Assembly (NCBI GenBank): GCA_965220085.1
Contig: CBDCOZ010000003.1
Coordinates: 960,001 to 1,024,000 of the forward strand
Length of the DNA stretch: 64,000 nt
Direction of reading: 5' to 3'
Source of the DNA: Candidatus Oxydemutatoraceae bacterium
GTDB lineage: Bacteria > Pseudomonadota > Gammaproteobacteria > Poriferisulfidales > Oxydemutatoraceae
Numbering within the stretch: the first letter of the stretch is position 1; each line of letters begins with the position of its first letter. This document shows, piece by piece, positions 1 to 11,174 of the stretch. The notes under the pieces were generated by a model, which made no database searches, was not told where the DNA came from, and saw only the letters and a list, made by a program, of their open reading frames with translations. The position numbers and the translations under genes were made by a program.

Positions 1-575
1 AGCGCGGCGTTGCATTTTGTTACCGCACCGAGGCGCTGCAAATACAACCCGATGACAAAGGAGCGGCAGTGATAACCGACGCGGACAGGTTGCGGTTTGA
101 CCACATCGTCTGCTGTCTCGGGGTCGAGTCCGATCGCTTGTTAGCCCCGCTGGGCATCGACAGCGGTATCTATCCGGTCAAAGGCTACTCCATCACGATT
201 GAATTGAGCGATGAAGCATCAAAACAAGCCGCGCCGACCGTGTCGTTGTCGGATGCCCGGCACAAGATCGTCGTCAGCCGCCTCGGCGACCGTTTGCGGG
301 TGGCGGGCATTGCCGAAATCGGCGACACCGCCGCCGATGTGCGCGCACACCGCATCGACTTATTGACGAAGCGGACGCGGGCGTTGTTTCCCGCGGTATC
401 TCTGCGCGAGTTTTCGCCTTGGGCCGGTTTGCGTCCGATGACCCCGTCTAACTTGCCGCGCGCAGAGCGCAGCCGTCACCCGCGGGTGTGGCTTAATTGC
501 GGACACGGCGCGCTCGGTTGGACGGCCGCGATGGCAACGGCGGAGATGATCGCGTGTGATATAATCAAAAACTGA
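1..575 (+). CDS. FAD-dependent D-amino acid dehydrogenase/oxidase family protein, 5' truncated by window edge
   Basis: YPVKGYSIT, RLRVAG, WAGLRPMTP and NCGHGALGWT motifs typical of the DadA C-terminal half; frame is open from the window start. Confidence 0.85.
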   Translation, partial: RGVAFCYRTEALQIQPDDKGAAVITDADRLRFDHIVCCLGVESDRLLAPLGIDSGIYPVKGYSITIELSDEASKQAAPTVSLSDARHKIVVSRLGDRLRVAGIAEIGDTAADVRAHRIDLLTKRTRALFPAVSLREFSPWAGLRPMTPSNLPRAERSRHPRVWLNCGHGALGWTAAMATAEMIACDIIKN

Positions 576-606
576 CGATCGTTACCGAGTTTGGAGAGTT
601 TGGACT

Positions 607-1317
607 ATGACGGATATTGGAAAGACTTCATTTTTGCCGGTGTTTTTATGCGCATTTCTGAGCCTTGCGACAGCGTGCTCGCAAGACACTGCCGAAGACA
701 CCCCGCAAGCGCAGGTACAAGGCCCCATCGCGCCGGGCTGGGGCGCTCTTGAGTTTGACTTCCCCGCCGCCGGCAGCTATCGCCTGCATCGCCTGTTTCC
801 GGCGCCCGGCGGAGAAATTGTGCTGAGCGACGGCCGCCCGACCCGACTGGAGCATCACCTGCGCGACAAGATAACGATTCTCACTTTTATTTATACCAGT
901 TGCACCGACGCCAACGGCTGTCCCCTCGCCACCTTCGTTTTGCACTCTTTGCAAAAAGCCGTGCACGAGCGGGAAGACTTGAAAGACCGGGTGCGGTTTA
1001 TCAGCCTGAGTTTTGATCCCGAGAACGACACGCCGGAAGTGATGCGCGAATACGGAAAAGACTACCCGAAGAAGGAAGGGTATGAGTGGTTGTTTGCCAC
1101 GACCGCTTCGCAGGATAAATTACAACCGATACTGGACGGCTACGGACAATATGCTTTTAAGATGGAATCCGAAGACGATGAAATCGTATTTGCCCACATC
1201 TTGCGCGCTTATCTGGTTGATGAGAGCGGCCAAGTCAGAAACATATACAGCGTTGATTTTCTCCATCCCACGGTTCTGCTCACCGATATTGAAACGTTGT
1301 TGCTGGGAAGAAGCTGA
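607..1317 (+). CDS. SCO1/SenC family copper chaperone (probable lipoprotein)
   Basis: FIYTSCTDANGCP Cys pair, SFDPENDTPEVM, conserved His in FAH, LATAC lipobox-like N-terminus. Confidence 0.85.
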   Translation: MTDIGKTSFLPVFLCAFLSLATACSQDTAEDTPQAQVQGPIAPGWGALEFDFPAAGSYRLHRLFPAPGGEIVLSDGRPTRLEHHLRDKITILTFIYTSCTDANGCPLATFVLHSLQKAVHEREDLKDRVRFISLSFDPENDTPEVMREYGKDYPKKEGYEWLFATTASQDKLQPILDGYGQYAFKMESEDDEIVFAHILRAYLVDESGQVRNIYSVDFLHPTVLLTDIETLLLGRS

Positions 1318-1350
1318 GTCGCGTTTTTGCCGGCGGGTAAGAATTTCTCG

Positions 1351-2661
1351 ATGAACCGCGCGCTACGCATCGCTTGTTTTGGCGCGCTGGCCGGCATCGC
1401 CGCAGCCATAGCCGCAACGGAAGAACTGCCGCGGGCGGGGGATTACAAAGGCAACTACGAGTCGCCGGACTATAAGACTTCTTCGCTCAGCGTAGAGGAA
1501 CGCAAAGGCAAGCCGGCTGACCTGTATCAACTCTCCCACAACCCGCCCAAAGGCCTGCCGGCGGTTTCGATTCCCGACGACAACCCGCAGACCCGCGAAG
1601 GCATCCTGCTGGGGCGGCGTTTATTCTTTGACCGCCGCCTGTCGCTCAATAACACGATGTCGTGCGCCATATGCCATGTGCCCGAGATGGGGTTTGCGAA
1701 CAATGAGATGAAAACGCCGGTGGGGTTTGAAGGGCGGACGGTCAAGCGCAACGCGCCGACTGTGCTCAACGCCGCCTACAAGACGCGCATGTTTCACGAT
1801 GGCCGCGAGACAAGTTTGGAAAATCAAGTGTGGTCTCCCTTGCTCGCCGGGAACGAGATGGCGAACCCGTCCATCGGCTATGTCATAGAAAAGATACAAG
1901 CGATAGACGAATACAAGGGTTTGTTTGAAAAAGCATTTGCAGGTCGCGGCGCGACAATGGAGACGATTGCCAAGGCGCTGGCGCAATATCAACGCTCGTT
2001 GCTTGCGGGTAATTCGCGCTTCGATCGCTGGTACTACGGCAAAGACGAAAGCGCCTTGAATGCGGAGGAGCAACTCGGGTTTGCGGTGTTTGCCGGCAAA
2101 GGGGCTTGCGCCGCCTGCCATACGATCGGCCCCGAACACGCGCTGTTTACCGACAACAAACTTCATAACACGGGGCTGGGATACGAAATATCCATGAAAA
2201 AAGAAACGCCGACCGAGAGAGTACAGTTAGCGCCGGGGATATTTGTCGATGTCAGGCGCGAGTTTATAAAAGAAGTCACGCGCGTTGGCGCTGCCCAGAA
2301 TGACTTGGGCGCATACGAAGTCACTCAGGATCCGGCGGACCGCTGGAAGTTTGCGACGCCGACATTGCGCAACGTTGAGCTGACCGCTCCGTATATGCAC
2401 AACGGCAGCATGTCGACATTGGAAGAGGTCATTGAGTTTTATGACCGCGGCGGGGTGGCGAACGAACTGCTAAGCCCCCTGATAAAACCGCTCGGCCTCA
2501 GCATCAAAGAAAAAGAAGCGCTACATGCCTTTCTCTTGACACTGACGGCGGGCAACTACACCGAATTAGTGCTCGACGGCTTTGCCGCCCCGGTCGGAGA
2601 GTTGGATGCCAACGATCCGTTCTGGTCCAACCGGCGCAAACCCGGGCAGATCTCTCCCTGA
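1351..2661 (+). CDS. Di-haem cytochrome c peroxidase / MauG family protein
   Basis: LGRRLFFDRRLS, two CxxCH motifs (CAICH, CAACH), [30 protein letters not shown]; signal peptide. Confidence 0.9.
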   Translation: MNRALRIACFGALAGIAAAIAATEELPRAGDYKGNYESPDYKTSSLSVEERKGKPADLYQLSHNPPKGLPAVSIPDDNPQTREGILLGRRLFFDRRLSLNNTMSCAICHVPEMGFANNEMKTPVGFEGRTVKRNAPTVLNAAYKTRMFHDGRETSLENQVWSPLLAGNEMANPSIGYVIEKIQAIDEYKGLFEKAFAGRGATMETIAKALAQYQRSLLAGNSRFDRWYYGKDESALNAEEQLGFAVFAGKGACAACHTIGPEHALFTDNKLHNTGLGYEISMKKETPTERVQLAPGIFVDVRREFIKEVTRVGAAQNDLGAYEVTQDPADRWKFATPTLRNVELTAPYMHNGSMSTLEEVIEFYDRGGVANELLSPLIKPLGLSIKEKEALHAFLLTLTAGNYTELVLDGFAAPVGELDANDPFWSNRRKPGQISP

Positions 2662-2755
2662 TGTGTCGTTCAATGTGTTCGGTTGAAATATTCAACGGCG
2701 CAGACAACAAGTTTGCGGCTCGGTTTGTTATACTTTCCCCCGAGGATACGGTCGT

Positions 2756-3979
2756 ATGAAAGAATTTGACAAGCAAGAGGCAACGGAGATTATCGCCGGG
2801 GGCGAGGGCGACCGAGTGGAGTTCAAGGAAGCCCTGTCCGGCAAATCCAAGAAGAGCATCATGGAAGCCATCTGCGCCTTTGCCAACGACCTGCCCGGGC
2901 ACGATGAGCCGGGGTATGTCTTTGTGGGTGTGCGCGATGACGGCACCCCCGCCGGCATTCAAATCAGCGACGAGACCTTGCTCAGCCTGGCCGACATACG
3001 CAGCAGCGGCAACATCCTCCCCTTGCCCTCCATGACGGTGGAGCGCATCAGTCTGCGGGGTGAGCAGGTGGCGATGGTCACCGTGCAACCGTCGGATTCC
3101 CCGCCGGTGCGTTGCTACGGCAACATAATGATTCGCACCGGCTCGCGTCGCGGTCTGGCCTCGGCTCAGGATGAGCGCATCCTCAATGAAAAGCGCCGCA
3201 GCCGCGATGCCCGCTATGAGCTGCGCCCGGCACCCCGCGCCAGAATGCAAGATCTGAGCATCACCAGATTCAAAGAAGATTATCTGCGCCACGCTTTCTC
3301 CAAAGAGGTGTTGACGGCTAACGAACGCACCGAGGAGGAGCAACTGGCGGCGCTCAAAATGATAGACAGCGCAGATAATCCGGTGCCCACGGTACTGGGC
3401 ATGCTCAGCATTGGCAGAGACCCGCTGGCCTTCCTGCCCTGCGCCTACATTCAGTTCCTCAGGTTTAAGGGCGACGAAATGTCCGACCAAATTTCCCGCC
3501 ACGTGGAAATCAGCGGCCCCTTGCAAACCATAATGGAGCGTCTGGACGGCATTTTTCAGGCCCACAATCATGAGGCGATAGATACGAGCGGCCCGCGGGA
3601 AAAGCGCATAGCGCTTTACCCCTGGGCAGCGCTACAAGAGCTCAGCCGCAACGCTATCATGCACCGCGACTACGAAACCAGCAACGCGCCGATTCGCATA
3701 CATTGGTTCGACGACCGCGCAGAGATTATCAATGCCGGCGGCGCCTACGGCGAGGTGACAGGGCACCTGGGCGAACCGGGATATGCCGATTACCGCAACC
3801 CCGGTCTGGCCACTGTCATGCGCGACATGGGCCTGGTGCAACGCTTTGGCACAGGCATACAGACAGCCCGCAAAGCCCTGCAAGACGGGGGCAATCCGCC
3901 GCTGGAACTATACGGGGATGACTCCATCGTTCGCGCCACCATCCGCCCCAGCCCGAGGTACACATATGGAACCCGCTGA
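2756..3979 (+). CDS. Schlafen/AlbA_2 domain protein with RecG-C-like (HATPase_c_4) domain
   Basis: [24 protein letters not shown]-terminal motifs; [19 protein letters not shown] and RNPGLA...GTGI C-terminal motifs. Confidence 0.85.
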   Translation: MKEFDKQEATEIIAGGEGDRVEFKEALSGKSKKSIMEAICAFANDLPGHDEPGYVFVGVRDDGTPAGIQISDETLLSLADIRSSGNILPLPSMTVERISLRGEQVAMVTVQPSDSPPVRCYGNIMIRTGSRRGLASAQDERILNEKRRSRDARYELRPAPRARMQDLSITRFKEDYLRHAFSKEVLTANERTEEEQLAALKMIDSADNPVPTVLGMLSIGRDPLAFLPCAYIQFLRFKGDEMSDQISRHVEISGPLQTIMERLDGIFQAHNHEAIDTSGPREKRIALYPWAALQELSRNAIMHRDYETSNAPIRIHWFDDRAEIINAGGAYGEVTGHLGEPGYADYRNPGLATVMRDMGLVQRFGTGIQTARKALQDGGNPPLELYGDDSIVRATIRPSPRYTYGTR

Positions 3980-4013
3980 GACCGATCCCATTCATACGAT
4001 AGGCGCTACAACT

Positions 4014-4138
4014 CCGACTTTGCGCAATGTTGAGTTGACCGCTCCGCATATGCGCAACGGCGGCATGTCAACATTGGCAGAGGTCATTGAATTTTATAAT
4101 CGCGGAGGCGTGGCGAACGAACTGCTGAGCCCCCTGAT
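4014..4138 (+). pseudogene. Duplicated internal 3' fragment of the ccp/mauG gene (copy of ~2359-2483)
   Basis: Translates as [42 protein letters not shown], near-identical to the intact gene. Confidence 0.9.
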
Positions 4139-4183
4139 GCAGAATGCAGTTCCCGATAGCTGGTGTGCATAATGAGTAGTTAG

Positions 4184-7100
4184 ATGAAACAAGAAAATTT
4201 CACCAGTAGCCATGGCATTCGCGACAATCGCGAGCGTGGCAGTGTCGGTGCGGACTTTCTCCGTAGATACTTGCGAAAGGGGACAGATCTCTCCATCGTC
4301 TCGGCCTACTTCACTATTAACGCCTACGAGTACCTGAAGGATGAATTGGAATCTATAAAGGGCCTACGTTTCCTGTTTGGCGAGCCAAGTTTGGTTGGTG
4401 TGAAGCAAGGTGATCAGGAAACCAAGGCATTTCAGTTAACCGATCAAGGCTTGTCGTTGGCCAATCAGCTGGAACAAAGCAGACTTGCCAAAGCGTGTTC
4501 CATTTGGATTCAGGAAAAGGTGCAGATTCGCTCCATGCAACAGGGAGATTTTCTGCACGGCAAGATGTACCACCTACAAAACGACGGAGCATCCAGTGCT
4601 CTGTTGGGCAGTTCTAATTTCACAGCGGCCGGCCTCGGCAGGTATGGTGGTAATGTGGAACTCAACTTAATTGTGGACAGCGACCGAGATCGTCAGGAGC
4701 TATTAAGCTGGTTTGAGCAGTGGTGGGAGGATGACGAGCGCACCGAGGATGTCAAGGAGCATGTGTTACGAGAATTAAAGCGACTCTACGATAATCACCC
4801 GCCTCAATTCATCTACTACCTGACCCTCTTTCACTTGTTCCGTGATGATGCCGAAGATGATGATAGCCAGCGTGATCAGATGGAAGGCCTCAAGCTACCT
4901 GATACGCAAATCTGGGAAAAGCTTTATCAGTTCCAGAAGGACGGAGCCAAGAGTGCTATCAATAAACTACTCAGACTGAACGGTTGCATACTGGCTGACA
5001 GCGTGGGATTAGGTAAGACCTTTACAGCTCTGGCGGTCATCAAGTACTTTGAGCTCAGGAACGAACGCGTCTTGGTGCTATGCCCCAAAAAACTGCACAG
5101 AAATTGGTCTATCTACCGGCAAGGTAACGATCTCCGTAATATCTTGTCGGAAGATCGCTTTGACTACGACCTGCTGGCGCATACCGATCTCAGCCGCACG
5201 AGCGGGACATCTGATACCGGTATGGATTTAGCCAATGTTAACTGGGGTGGCTATAGCCTCGTAGTGATTGATGAATCACATAATTTCCGCAACAACAGGT
5301 ACGCAGGTGAGGAAGGTAAGCAGACACGCTACGAAAAGCTTATCAAAGACATCATCGGTAGCGGTAGCAAAACTAAGGTTCTGCTACTGTCCGCTACCCC
5401 TGTCAATAATGAACTTTCCGACATCCGTAATCAAATTTCACTAATTGCTGGCGGTGATGTCAGCAGAGTACCTGAGGCCGATGCCGCCTTTGCCGCCTCT
5501 CAGACTTCCCTAGGTATCCCATCAGTCAAAGAGACTACTCGCATTGCTCAAAAGTACTTTACTGACTGGGCTAGAGCAGCTGAGACGAGTGAGCGGACCA
5601 CTAGTAGCCTGCTGGAAGTTCTCGGCGGTGATTTTTTTCATATGCTAGATGGTCTGCTTATCGCTCGCTCCCGAAGTAATATCAAGTACGCCTACGCAGA
5701 AGAAATGGGTAAGCTAGGTGGATTCCCAAATCGACCTACCCCGCAATCTATCTACTCACCCTTGGATTTGCTAGATGGTTGCCCATCCTTTGAAGAGATA
5801 GAGGGTAAAATCAGTCAACTTAGCTTAGCTTTGTATAACCCTACCGAATTTTTGAGGGAAGATTTAGACGAGGATACGCGGCTTTCCTATGAAGCTAAAA
5901 TCCACGGTGTCTTTACTCAGATGGGGCGTGAACGGATTCTGGTGGGCATGATGAAGACTAATTTTCTGAAGCGTCTAGAGAGTTCAGTGGATTCCTTCCG
6001 CCATACTCTGGAACGCACCATTGACAAAGCCAATGCTTTGCTAGATAAGCTGAATAGCTTTGCCGCGCGAGATACCAATACCGAGTTAAATGATAGTGAT
6101 GTCAATCCTGATGCTCTGGATGAAGAAGACGAGGAGCTGGTGGTTGGGAAGAAACGCAAAGTTTACTTAGGCCACATCGATATTGCCAGATGGAGAGAGT
6201 GCATTGAGAATGACCAGTGCCTTTTGAAAGGATTGCTAAATAAGACTCGCATAGTGAACCCCGAACGCGATGCCAAGCTGGCACAGCTATGTAAACTCAT
6301 CCAAGACAAGCTGCACAGTCCCAATGTCACCAAGGATGGGCGTGAGAACCGCAAGGTGTTAGTCTTCACCGCCTATGCTGACACTGCCTCGTATCTTTAT
6401 GAGAATCTAGAGAGTGCGGTGCGGTCGGAAGGTTGTCACATTGCTCTAGTACGGGGTGATGGTAACAACCGCAACACTTTGGGCGGTAACGAATTTGGGG
6501 AAATATTGGATTATTTTAGCCCACGATCTAGGATGCCTGAAAGAGAACCCGAAGATGAGGAGATTGACGTACTGATTGCCACCGACTGTATCTCTGAGGG
6601 GCAGAACCTGCAGGACTGCGACATAGTGGTCAATTACGACATTCACTGGAATCCAGTGCGCATTATCCAGCGCTTCGGGCGTATTGATCGCATAGGATCG
6701 AAGAATAGCGAGGTACACCTAGTGAACTTTTGGCCTGTGGAAGATCTGGATAACTATCTTAATCTGAAACACAGGGTGCAAGCTCGTATGGCGCTCGTGG
6801 ACGCAACCGCCACACAATCTGATAACTTGCTCACACAAGAAGGGTTGGAAGAACTGGTCACTAAAGATATACAACTCCAGAATCAACAATTGCATCGTTT
6901 GCAGGAGGAAGTTTTGGATTTGGAAGAGTTGGATGAGGCAGGTATTAACCTCAGTGATTTCTCATTGGAAGAGTTCCGTAACGAGCTCATGCAGTTTCTC
7001 AAAGCTGATCGCCAAGCACTAGAGTCTGCCCCCCTAGGCTTGTACACTGTGGTACAAGCCGACCCCGACATCCCAGCACGACCAGGTGCCGTGTTCTGCC

Positions 7101-7525
7101 TGCGCCAGAGAGAGCGGGAGGGAAGTGAGATGGCATCTAACGAGAGTGGCATCAACCCATTGGGCAGACACTACTTAGTTTATGTACACGACGATGGGGA
7201 GGTACGCCTTACTTTTACTTACCCCAAACAAATTCTGGACTTGTTGCGCCGTATAGCCGCAGGGCATGAGCAGGCATTGGCAGAGTTGTGCGATTTGTTT
7301 GACCGGAATACCGAACATGGCATGAACCTGCAACACTACGATGATTTGATAGAGAAAACCTTGCAATCCATCGCGAATGTCTACAGTAGATGTGCTGACA
7401 GAAATTTAGCTTCAGGGCGTGATGGCAGGCTACCTCTTACCTCTTCTCGTCCTACTAGGGATGAGGAAGACTACGAATTGTTAACTTGGTTTGTCATAAT
7501 TGCCCCCGAGGAGACTGTCTCATGA
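4184..7525 (+). CDS. SNF2-like helicase with N-terminal PLD nuclease domain (restriction/defence associated)
   Basis: HGKMY...GSSNFT (HKD-type PLD), ADSVGLGKT Walker A, DESHNFRN, SATP, TDCISEGQNLQD, QRFGRIDRIG. Confidence 0.9.
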   Translation: MKQENFTSSHGIRDNRERGSVGADFLRRYLRKGTDLSIVSAYFTINAYEYLKDELESIKGLRFLFGEPSLVGVKQGDQETKAFQLTDQGLSLANQLEQSRLAKACSIWIQEKVQIRSMQQGDFLHGKMYHLQNDGASSALLGSSNFTAAGLGRYGGNVELNLIVDSDRDRQELLSWFEQWWEDDERTEDVKEHVLRELKRLYDNHPPQFIYYLTLFHLFRDDAEDDDSQRDQMEGLKLPDTQIWEKLYQFQKDGAKSAINKLLRLNGCILADSVGLGKTFTALAVIKYFELRNERVLVLCPKKLHRNWSIYRQGNDLRNILSEDRFDYDLLAHTDLSRTSGTSDTGMDLANVNWGGYSLVVIDESHNFRNNRYAGEEGKQTRYEKLIKDIIGSGSKTKVLLLSATPVNNELSDIRNQISLIAGGDVSRVPEADAAFAASQTSLGIPSVKETTRIAQKYFTDWARAAETSERTTSSLLEVLGGDFFHMLDGLLIARSRSNIKYAYAEEMGKLGGFPNRPTPQSIYSPLDLLDGCPSFEEIEGKISQLSLALYNPTEFLREDLDEDTRLSYEAKIHGVFTQMGRERILVGMMKTNFLKRLESSVDSFRHTLERTIDKANALLDKLNSFAARDTNTELNDSDVNPDALDEEDEELVVGKKRKVYLGHIDIARWRECIENDQCLLKGLLNKTRIVNPERDAKLAQLCKLIQDKLHSPNVTKDGRENRKVLVFTAYADTASYLYENLESAVRSEGCHIALVRGDGNNRNTLGGNEFGEILDYFSPRSRMPEREPEDEEIDVLIATDCISEGQNLQDCDIVVNYDIHWNPVRIIQRFGRIDRIGSKNSEVHLVNFWPVEDLDNYLNLKHRVQARMALVDATATQSDNLLTQEGLEELVTKDIQLQNQQLHRLQEEVLDLEELDEAGINLSDFSLEEFRNELMQFLKADRQALESAPLGLYTVVQADPDIPARPGAVFCLRQREREGSEMASNESGINPLGRHYLVYVHDDGEVRLTFTYPKQILDLLRRIAAGHEQALAELCDLFDRNTEHGMNLQHYDDLIEKTLQSIANVYSRCADRNLASGRDGRLPLTSSRPTRDEEDYELLTWFVIIAPEETVS

Positions 7526-10500
7526 CGAATCTCAGCAAGCAAGAAATTCAAGACATCATCGATTGTCTAGCTGGGGGTAATTTGGCGCAGGAGGCGTATG
7601 CCCTGTTTAAGGCGCTTGGTTACCGCAGTGGTCGCACCGGGAATTCATCTGGCGCTGTTGGTGATTTTTTGACTCACGGTGGCTACAAGCTTACCGGCAC
7701 AGAAAGTGAAGCAACCTTTAAGGAGCAGGCTAAGGCCGTGCATATCCTATTCCAGATTACCGAAGACGAGATTAAGGCTGGGGTTGGTAATATGCTTGGG
7801 GAAGATGTCGACTTTAATTCCGGCAACAACAAGAGCTTTGTCTTCGTGGTCTCCGAGCTGTGTGAAGATTCCTATTCTCGTAGCCAATATGCCGCATTCA
7901 CCCGCGAAATCAACAAGCGCCTCCCCATGCCGGTGGTGGTGCTGTTCCGCACGGCATCAGGGCGCGTCTCGCTGGCATTCGTGCACCGCCGTCCTAGCAA
8001 AGTCAACACTGACCGTGATGTGCTTGGTCATGTGTCTCTGGTGCGTGAAGTCAATACACAGGCTCCCCACCGCGCTCACTTACAAACATTGCAAGACCTG
8101 TGCCTGCACAGGCGGCTGGAGTGGATACGCGATCACAGCCGCGATGAGAATTTTGACGGGCTACTGGATGCTTGGCTCGTAGCACTGGACACCCAAGAAC
8201 TCAACAAGCAGTTCTACAAAGAGCTGTTCGACTGGTTTAAGCGCGCAGTTGCAGAGGCAAGCTTCCCAGAGAGTGCTGGTTTGAAGCCCGAAGAGCAGAT
8301 TATCCGTCTCATTACCCGCCTGCTATTCATCTGGTTTATCAAAGAGAAAGGCTTGGTGGCCGATGAACTGTTTGTGGAAGAGCAGGTTGGGGGCCTGTTG
8401 AAGGACTATGATCGGGACAGCGGCGATTCCTATTACCGCGCTGTACTGCAGAATCTGTTCTTTGCCGTCCTCAACACGGAGATTGGGGAGCGCCGCTTCA
8501 GCAAGCAGACAAACGAGACACATCGGGATTTTTCCTGCTACCGCTACCGAAAAGAGATTGTGAAAACGGATCGCTTGCTGGCCATGTTTGACAAAACTCC
8601 CTTCATCAACGGTGGCTTGTTCGATTGCCTTGACGATTTTGAAGGTGTGAAGGAAGGTGGCAAACGAATTGACTACTTCACGGATAATCCTGCCCAGCGT
8701 CGCGGCTATTCCATGCCCAACCACCTGTTTTTTGGCCCCGAGGGACTAATCACGCTGTTTAGTCGCTATCACTTCACTGTAGAGGAGAACACCCCCATCG
8801 AGAGGGAGGTGGCATTGGATCCGGAGCTACTAGGGCGGACTTTCGAGAACCTGCTCGCCGCCTACAACCCAGAGACGAGGGACAAAGCCTCCGAGCGGAA
8901 ACTGACCGGGTCGTTCTACACGCCGCGCGAAGTGGTGGATTACATGGTGGATCAAGCACTATTGGAATCGCTGGCGGCTCTAGTCACTACAGACGAGGCT
9001 AGTTGGTGGCGCGATCGGCTAGGGTATCTGCTGGATTATGCCGATGCCTGTGATGACGCTTGGGAGTTGTTTGATGCCGAGGAGCGTAAACGCATCGTTG
9101 CCGCCGTGGCAAAGGTAAAAATCCTTGACCCGGCGGTAGGTTCCGGGGCATTTCCCATGGGAGTACTCCACAAATTAACGTTAATACTACGTCGCTTGGA
9201 TCCCGACAATAAAAAGTGGCGCAAGGTACAACGCGATCTAGCTACAGAGCGAGCAAGTAAGGCTTTCAAACGAACTGGTAAGGAGCAACGCAAAGAGGCT
9301 CTGCAAGAAATCAACGAACTCTTTGAGAGTTACAGTGGTTCAGATTTTGGTCGCAAGCTGTACCTAATCCAGAACAGCATTTTCGGGGTGGATATACAGC
9401 CAATCGCCTGCCAAATAGCCAAGCTACGCTTCTTTATTTCGCTAGCCATAGAGCAGAGACCAAATAAGAACAAGCAATCAAACTATGGTATCCGGCCACT
9501 ACCCAACTTGGAAACCCGCTTTATTGCGGCTGATTCGCTCATAAATATACTGATTCCTTCTCAGCTAACGATGGTGTCAGATGAAAAAGAAAATATAAAG
9601 CAAGAAATTAAAGATAATCGCGAGTGTTATTTTCATGCCGCCACACGCTCGGATAAAAAGGCGATGATTGAAAAGGATAAAGATCTGCGCATTAAATTAG
9701 CAGACCTACTGTGGCAAGAGTGGGGGCAAGGAGATGCCGGCGAGATTGATGGGGCGAATTTGTGGCGGAATAAAAACAAAGAACATAAAAAGGAAAAGGA
9801 ATATACCGATAAGATAGCTCAATGGGACCCTTACGATCAGAATAGTTATGCAGGTTGGTTTAATTCCGAATACATGTTTGACATTACCGAGGGCTTTGAC
9901 ATCGTCATCGGCAATCCGCCGTACATTCAACTCCAGAAGATAGACAGCAAGATGAAGAAGCTCTACATGGCAGAAGGGTATAAAGTATGTGTGGGCAATG
10001 GGGATATTTATACCCTGTTTTATGAGCGCGGCCTGCAACTGTTGAAAGATGGGGCGCACCTGTGCTTTATCACATCTAATAAATGGATGTGCGCCGGATA
10101 CGGCAAAAAGTTGCGCGAATTGTTCTCCCAGAAATGCCCCAAAAACCTTATCGATTTCAGCGGCTTTCGGGTCTTTGACAGTGCGACCGTGGACACCAAC
10201 ATTATTCTGATAGCCAAAGCCAATATGCCCGCCGATGGCAAGTTGCAGGCCACTTCCATGCGCGATGACTTCAGTCCTGAGAACAGCATACATAAGTATG
10301 TGGAGGACAACAAAATTGACATTAAAGCAGAGAATCTGAAGATGGCGGAGGCACCGTGGATTATCTGCACACCCGCAGAATTTGCCTTGAAAGAAAAGAT
10401 TGAAAGGATAGGTGTGCCCTTGAAAGAGTGGGATATTTCCATTAACTACGGAATAAAGACTGGTTGTAACGATGCGTTTATCATTGATAACGAAACTAGG

Positions 10501-11172
10501 GAAGCCTTACTAGCAGAGGATTCTAAATCCGGAGAGATTCTAAAACCGCTCCTGCGGGGCCGTGACATCAAGCGCTATAGGGCTAAACGGGCTGAGAAGT
10601 GGCTGATTACCACGCATAATGGCTATGGAGATGTGCCACCTATTGATATCGGTGACTACCCAGCTGTGAAAAGACATCTGGATCGGTTCCATTCGCGAAT
10701 AGTGGCACGAGAAGATCAGGGTACCACCCCATATAACCTTCGCCATTGCGCGTACTACCCCGAGTTTATGCGCGATAAGATTGTTTGGAGTGATATTTCC
10801 ACTAAACCAGCATTCACGATGATGAAAGCAGGGGTATATCTCTTGAATACAGCGTATATGATTACTACAGACAAGCCATACCTTCTTGCTTTCTTAAATT
10901 CCAAATTAGCAGGATACTATATGTCCCTGACAGCAACTGGCTTAGGTGGGCATGGGGTCAGATACTTTAAACAATTTGTGGAGAAGGTTCCTGTCCCAAA
11001 GATAAGTGATGATAAGCATAAATCCTTCGCAAACATAGCAGACAGGATTCTGAATTCCGAAAATCAACCAGCCCACGTCACCAAATTAGAGCGGGATATT
11101 GACCATTTAGTCTATGCGCTCTATGACTTCACTGATGCAGAGATTCAGATGATTGAGAGCTACCAATCATAG
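7522..11172 (+). CDS. Type IIG / Eco57I-like N6-adenine methyltransferase-restriction protein with C-terminal target recognition domain
   Basis: GSFYTPREVV, LDPAVGSGAF (motif I), GNPPY (motif IV), PFINGGLF, TaqI_C-like TRD; ATGA overlap with the helicase. Confidence 0.9.
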   Translation: MTNLSKQEIQDIIDCLAGGNLAQEAYALFKALGYRSGRTGNSSGAVGDFLTHGGYKLTGTESEATFKEQAKAVHILFQITEDEIKAGVGNMLGEDVDFNSGNNKSFVFVVSELCEDSYSRSQYAAFTREINKRLPMPVVVLFRTASGRVSLAFVHRRPSKVNTDRDVLGHVSLVREVNTQAPHRAHLQTLQDLCLHRRLEWIRDHSRDENFDGLLDAWLVALDTQELNKQFYKELFDWFKRAVAEASFPESAGLKPEEQIIRLITRLLFIWFIKEKGLVADELFVEEQVGGLLKDYDRDSGDSYYRAVLQNLFFAVLNTEIGERRFSKQTNETHRDFSCYRYRKEIVKTDRLLAMFDKTPFINGGLFDCLDDFEGVKEGGKRIDYFTDNPAQRRGYSMPNHLFFGPEGLITLFSRYHFTVEENTPIEREVALDPELLGRTFENLLAAYNPETRDKASERKLTGSFYTPREVVDYMVDQALLESLAALVTTDEASWWRDRLGYLLDYADACDDAWELFDAEERKRIVAAVAKVKILDPAVGSGAFPMGVLHKLTLILRRLDPDNKKWRKVQRDLATERASKAFKRTGKEQRKEALQEINELFESYSGSDFGRKLYLIQNSIFGVDIQPIACQIAKLRFFISLAIEQRPNKNKQSNYGIRPLPNLETRFIAADSLINILIPSQLTMVSDEKENIKQEIKDNRECYFHAATRSDKKAMIEKDKDLRIKLADLLWQEWGQGDAGEIDGANLWRNKNKEHKKEKEYTDKIAQWDPYDQNSYAGWFNSEYMFDITEGFDIVIGNPPYIQLQKIDSKMKKLYMAEGYKVCVGNGDIYTLFYERGLQLLKDGAHLCFITSNKWMCAGYGKKLRELFSQKCPKNLIDFSGFRVFDSATVDTNIILIAKANMPADGKLQATSMRDDFSPENSIHKYVEDNKIDIKAENLKMAEAPWIICTPAEFALKEKIERIGVPLKEWDISINYGIKTGCNDAFIIDNETREALLAEDSKSGEILKPLLRGRDIKRYRAKRAEKWLITTHNGYGDVPPIDIGDYPAVKRHLDRFHSRIVAREDQGTTPYNLRHCAYYPEFMRDKIVWSDISTKPAFTMMKAGVYLLNTAYMITTDKPYLLAFLNSKLAGYYMSLTATGLGGHGVRYFKQFVEKVPVPKISDDKHKSFANIADRILNSENQPAHVTKLERDIDHLVYALYDFTDAEIQMIESYQS
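10437..10613 (+). repeat. Left arm of a ~175 bp inverted repeat inside the methylase at the start of its TRD
   Basis: TTCCATTAACTACGGAATAAA...AACGATGCGTTTATCATTGATAACGA...ACTAGGGAAGCCTTACTAGCAGAGGAT matches the reverse complement of 11773-11949. Confidence 0.92.
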
Positions 11173-11174
11173 AG

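Noticed and set aside
3783-4172. 129 aa ORF (and likewise 15829-16197) as functional genes
   Set aside because: They only read through ccp/mauG fragments and lack haem motifs and credible starts.
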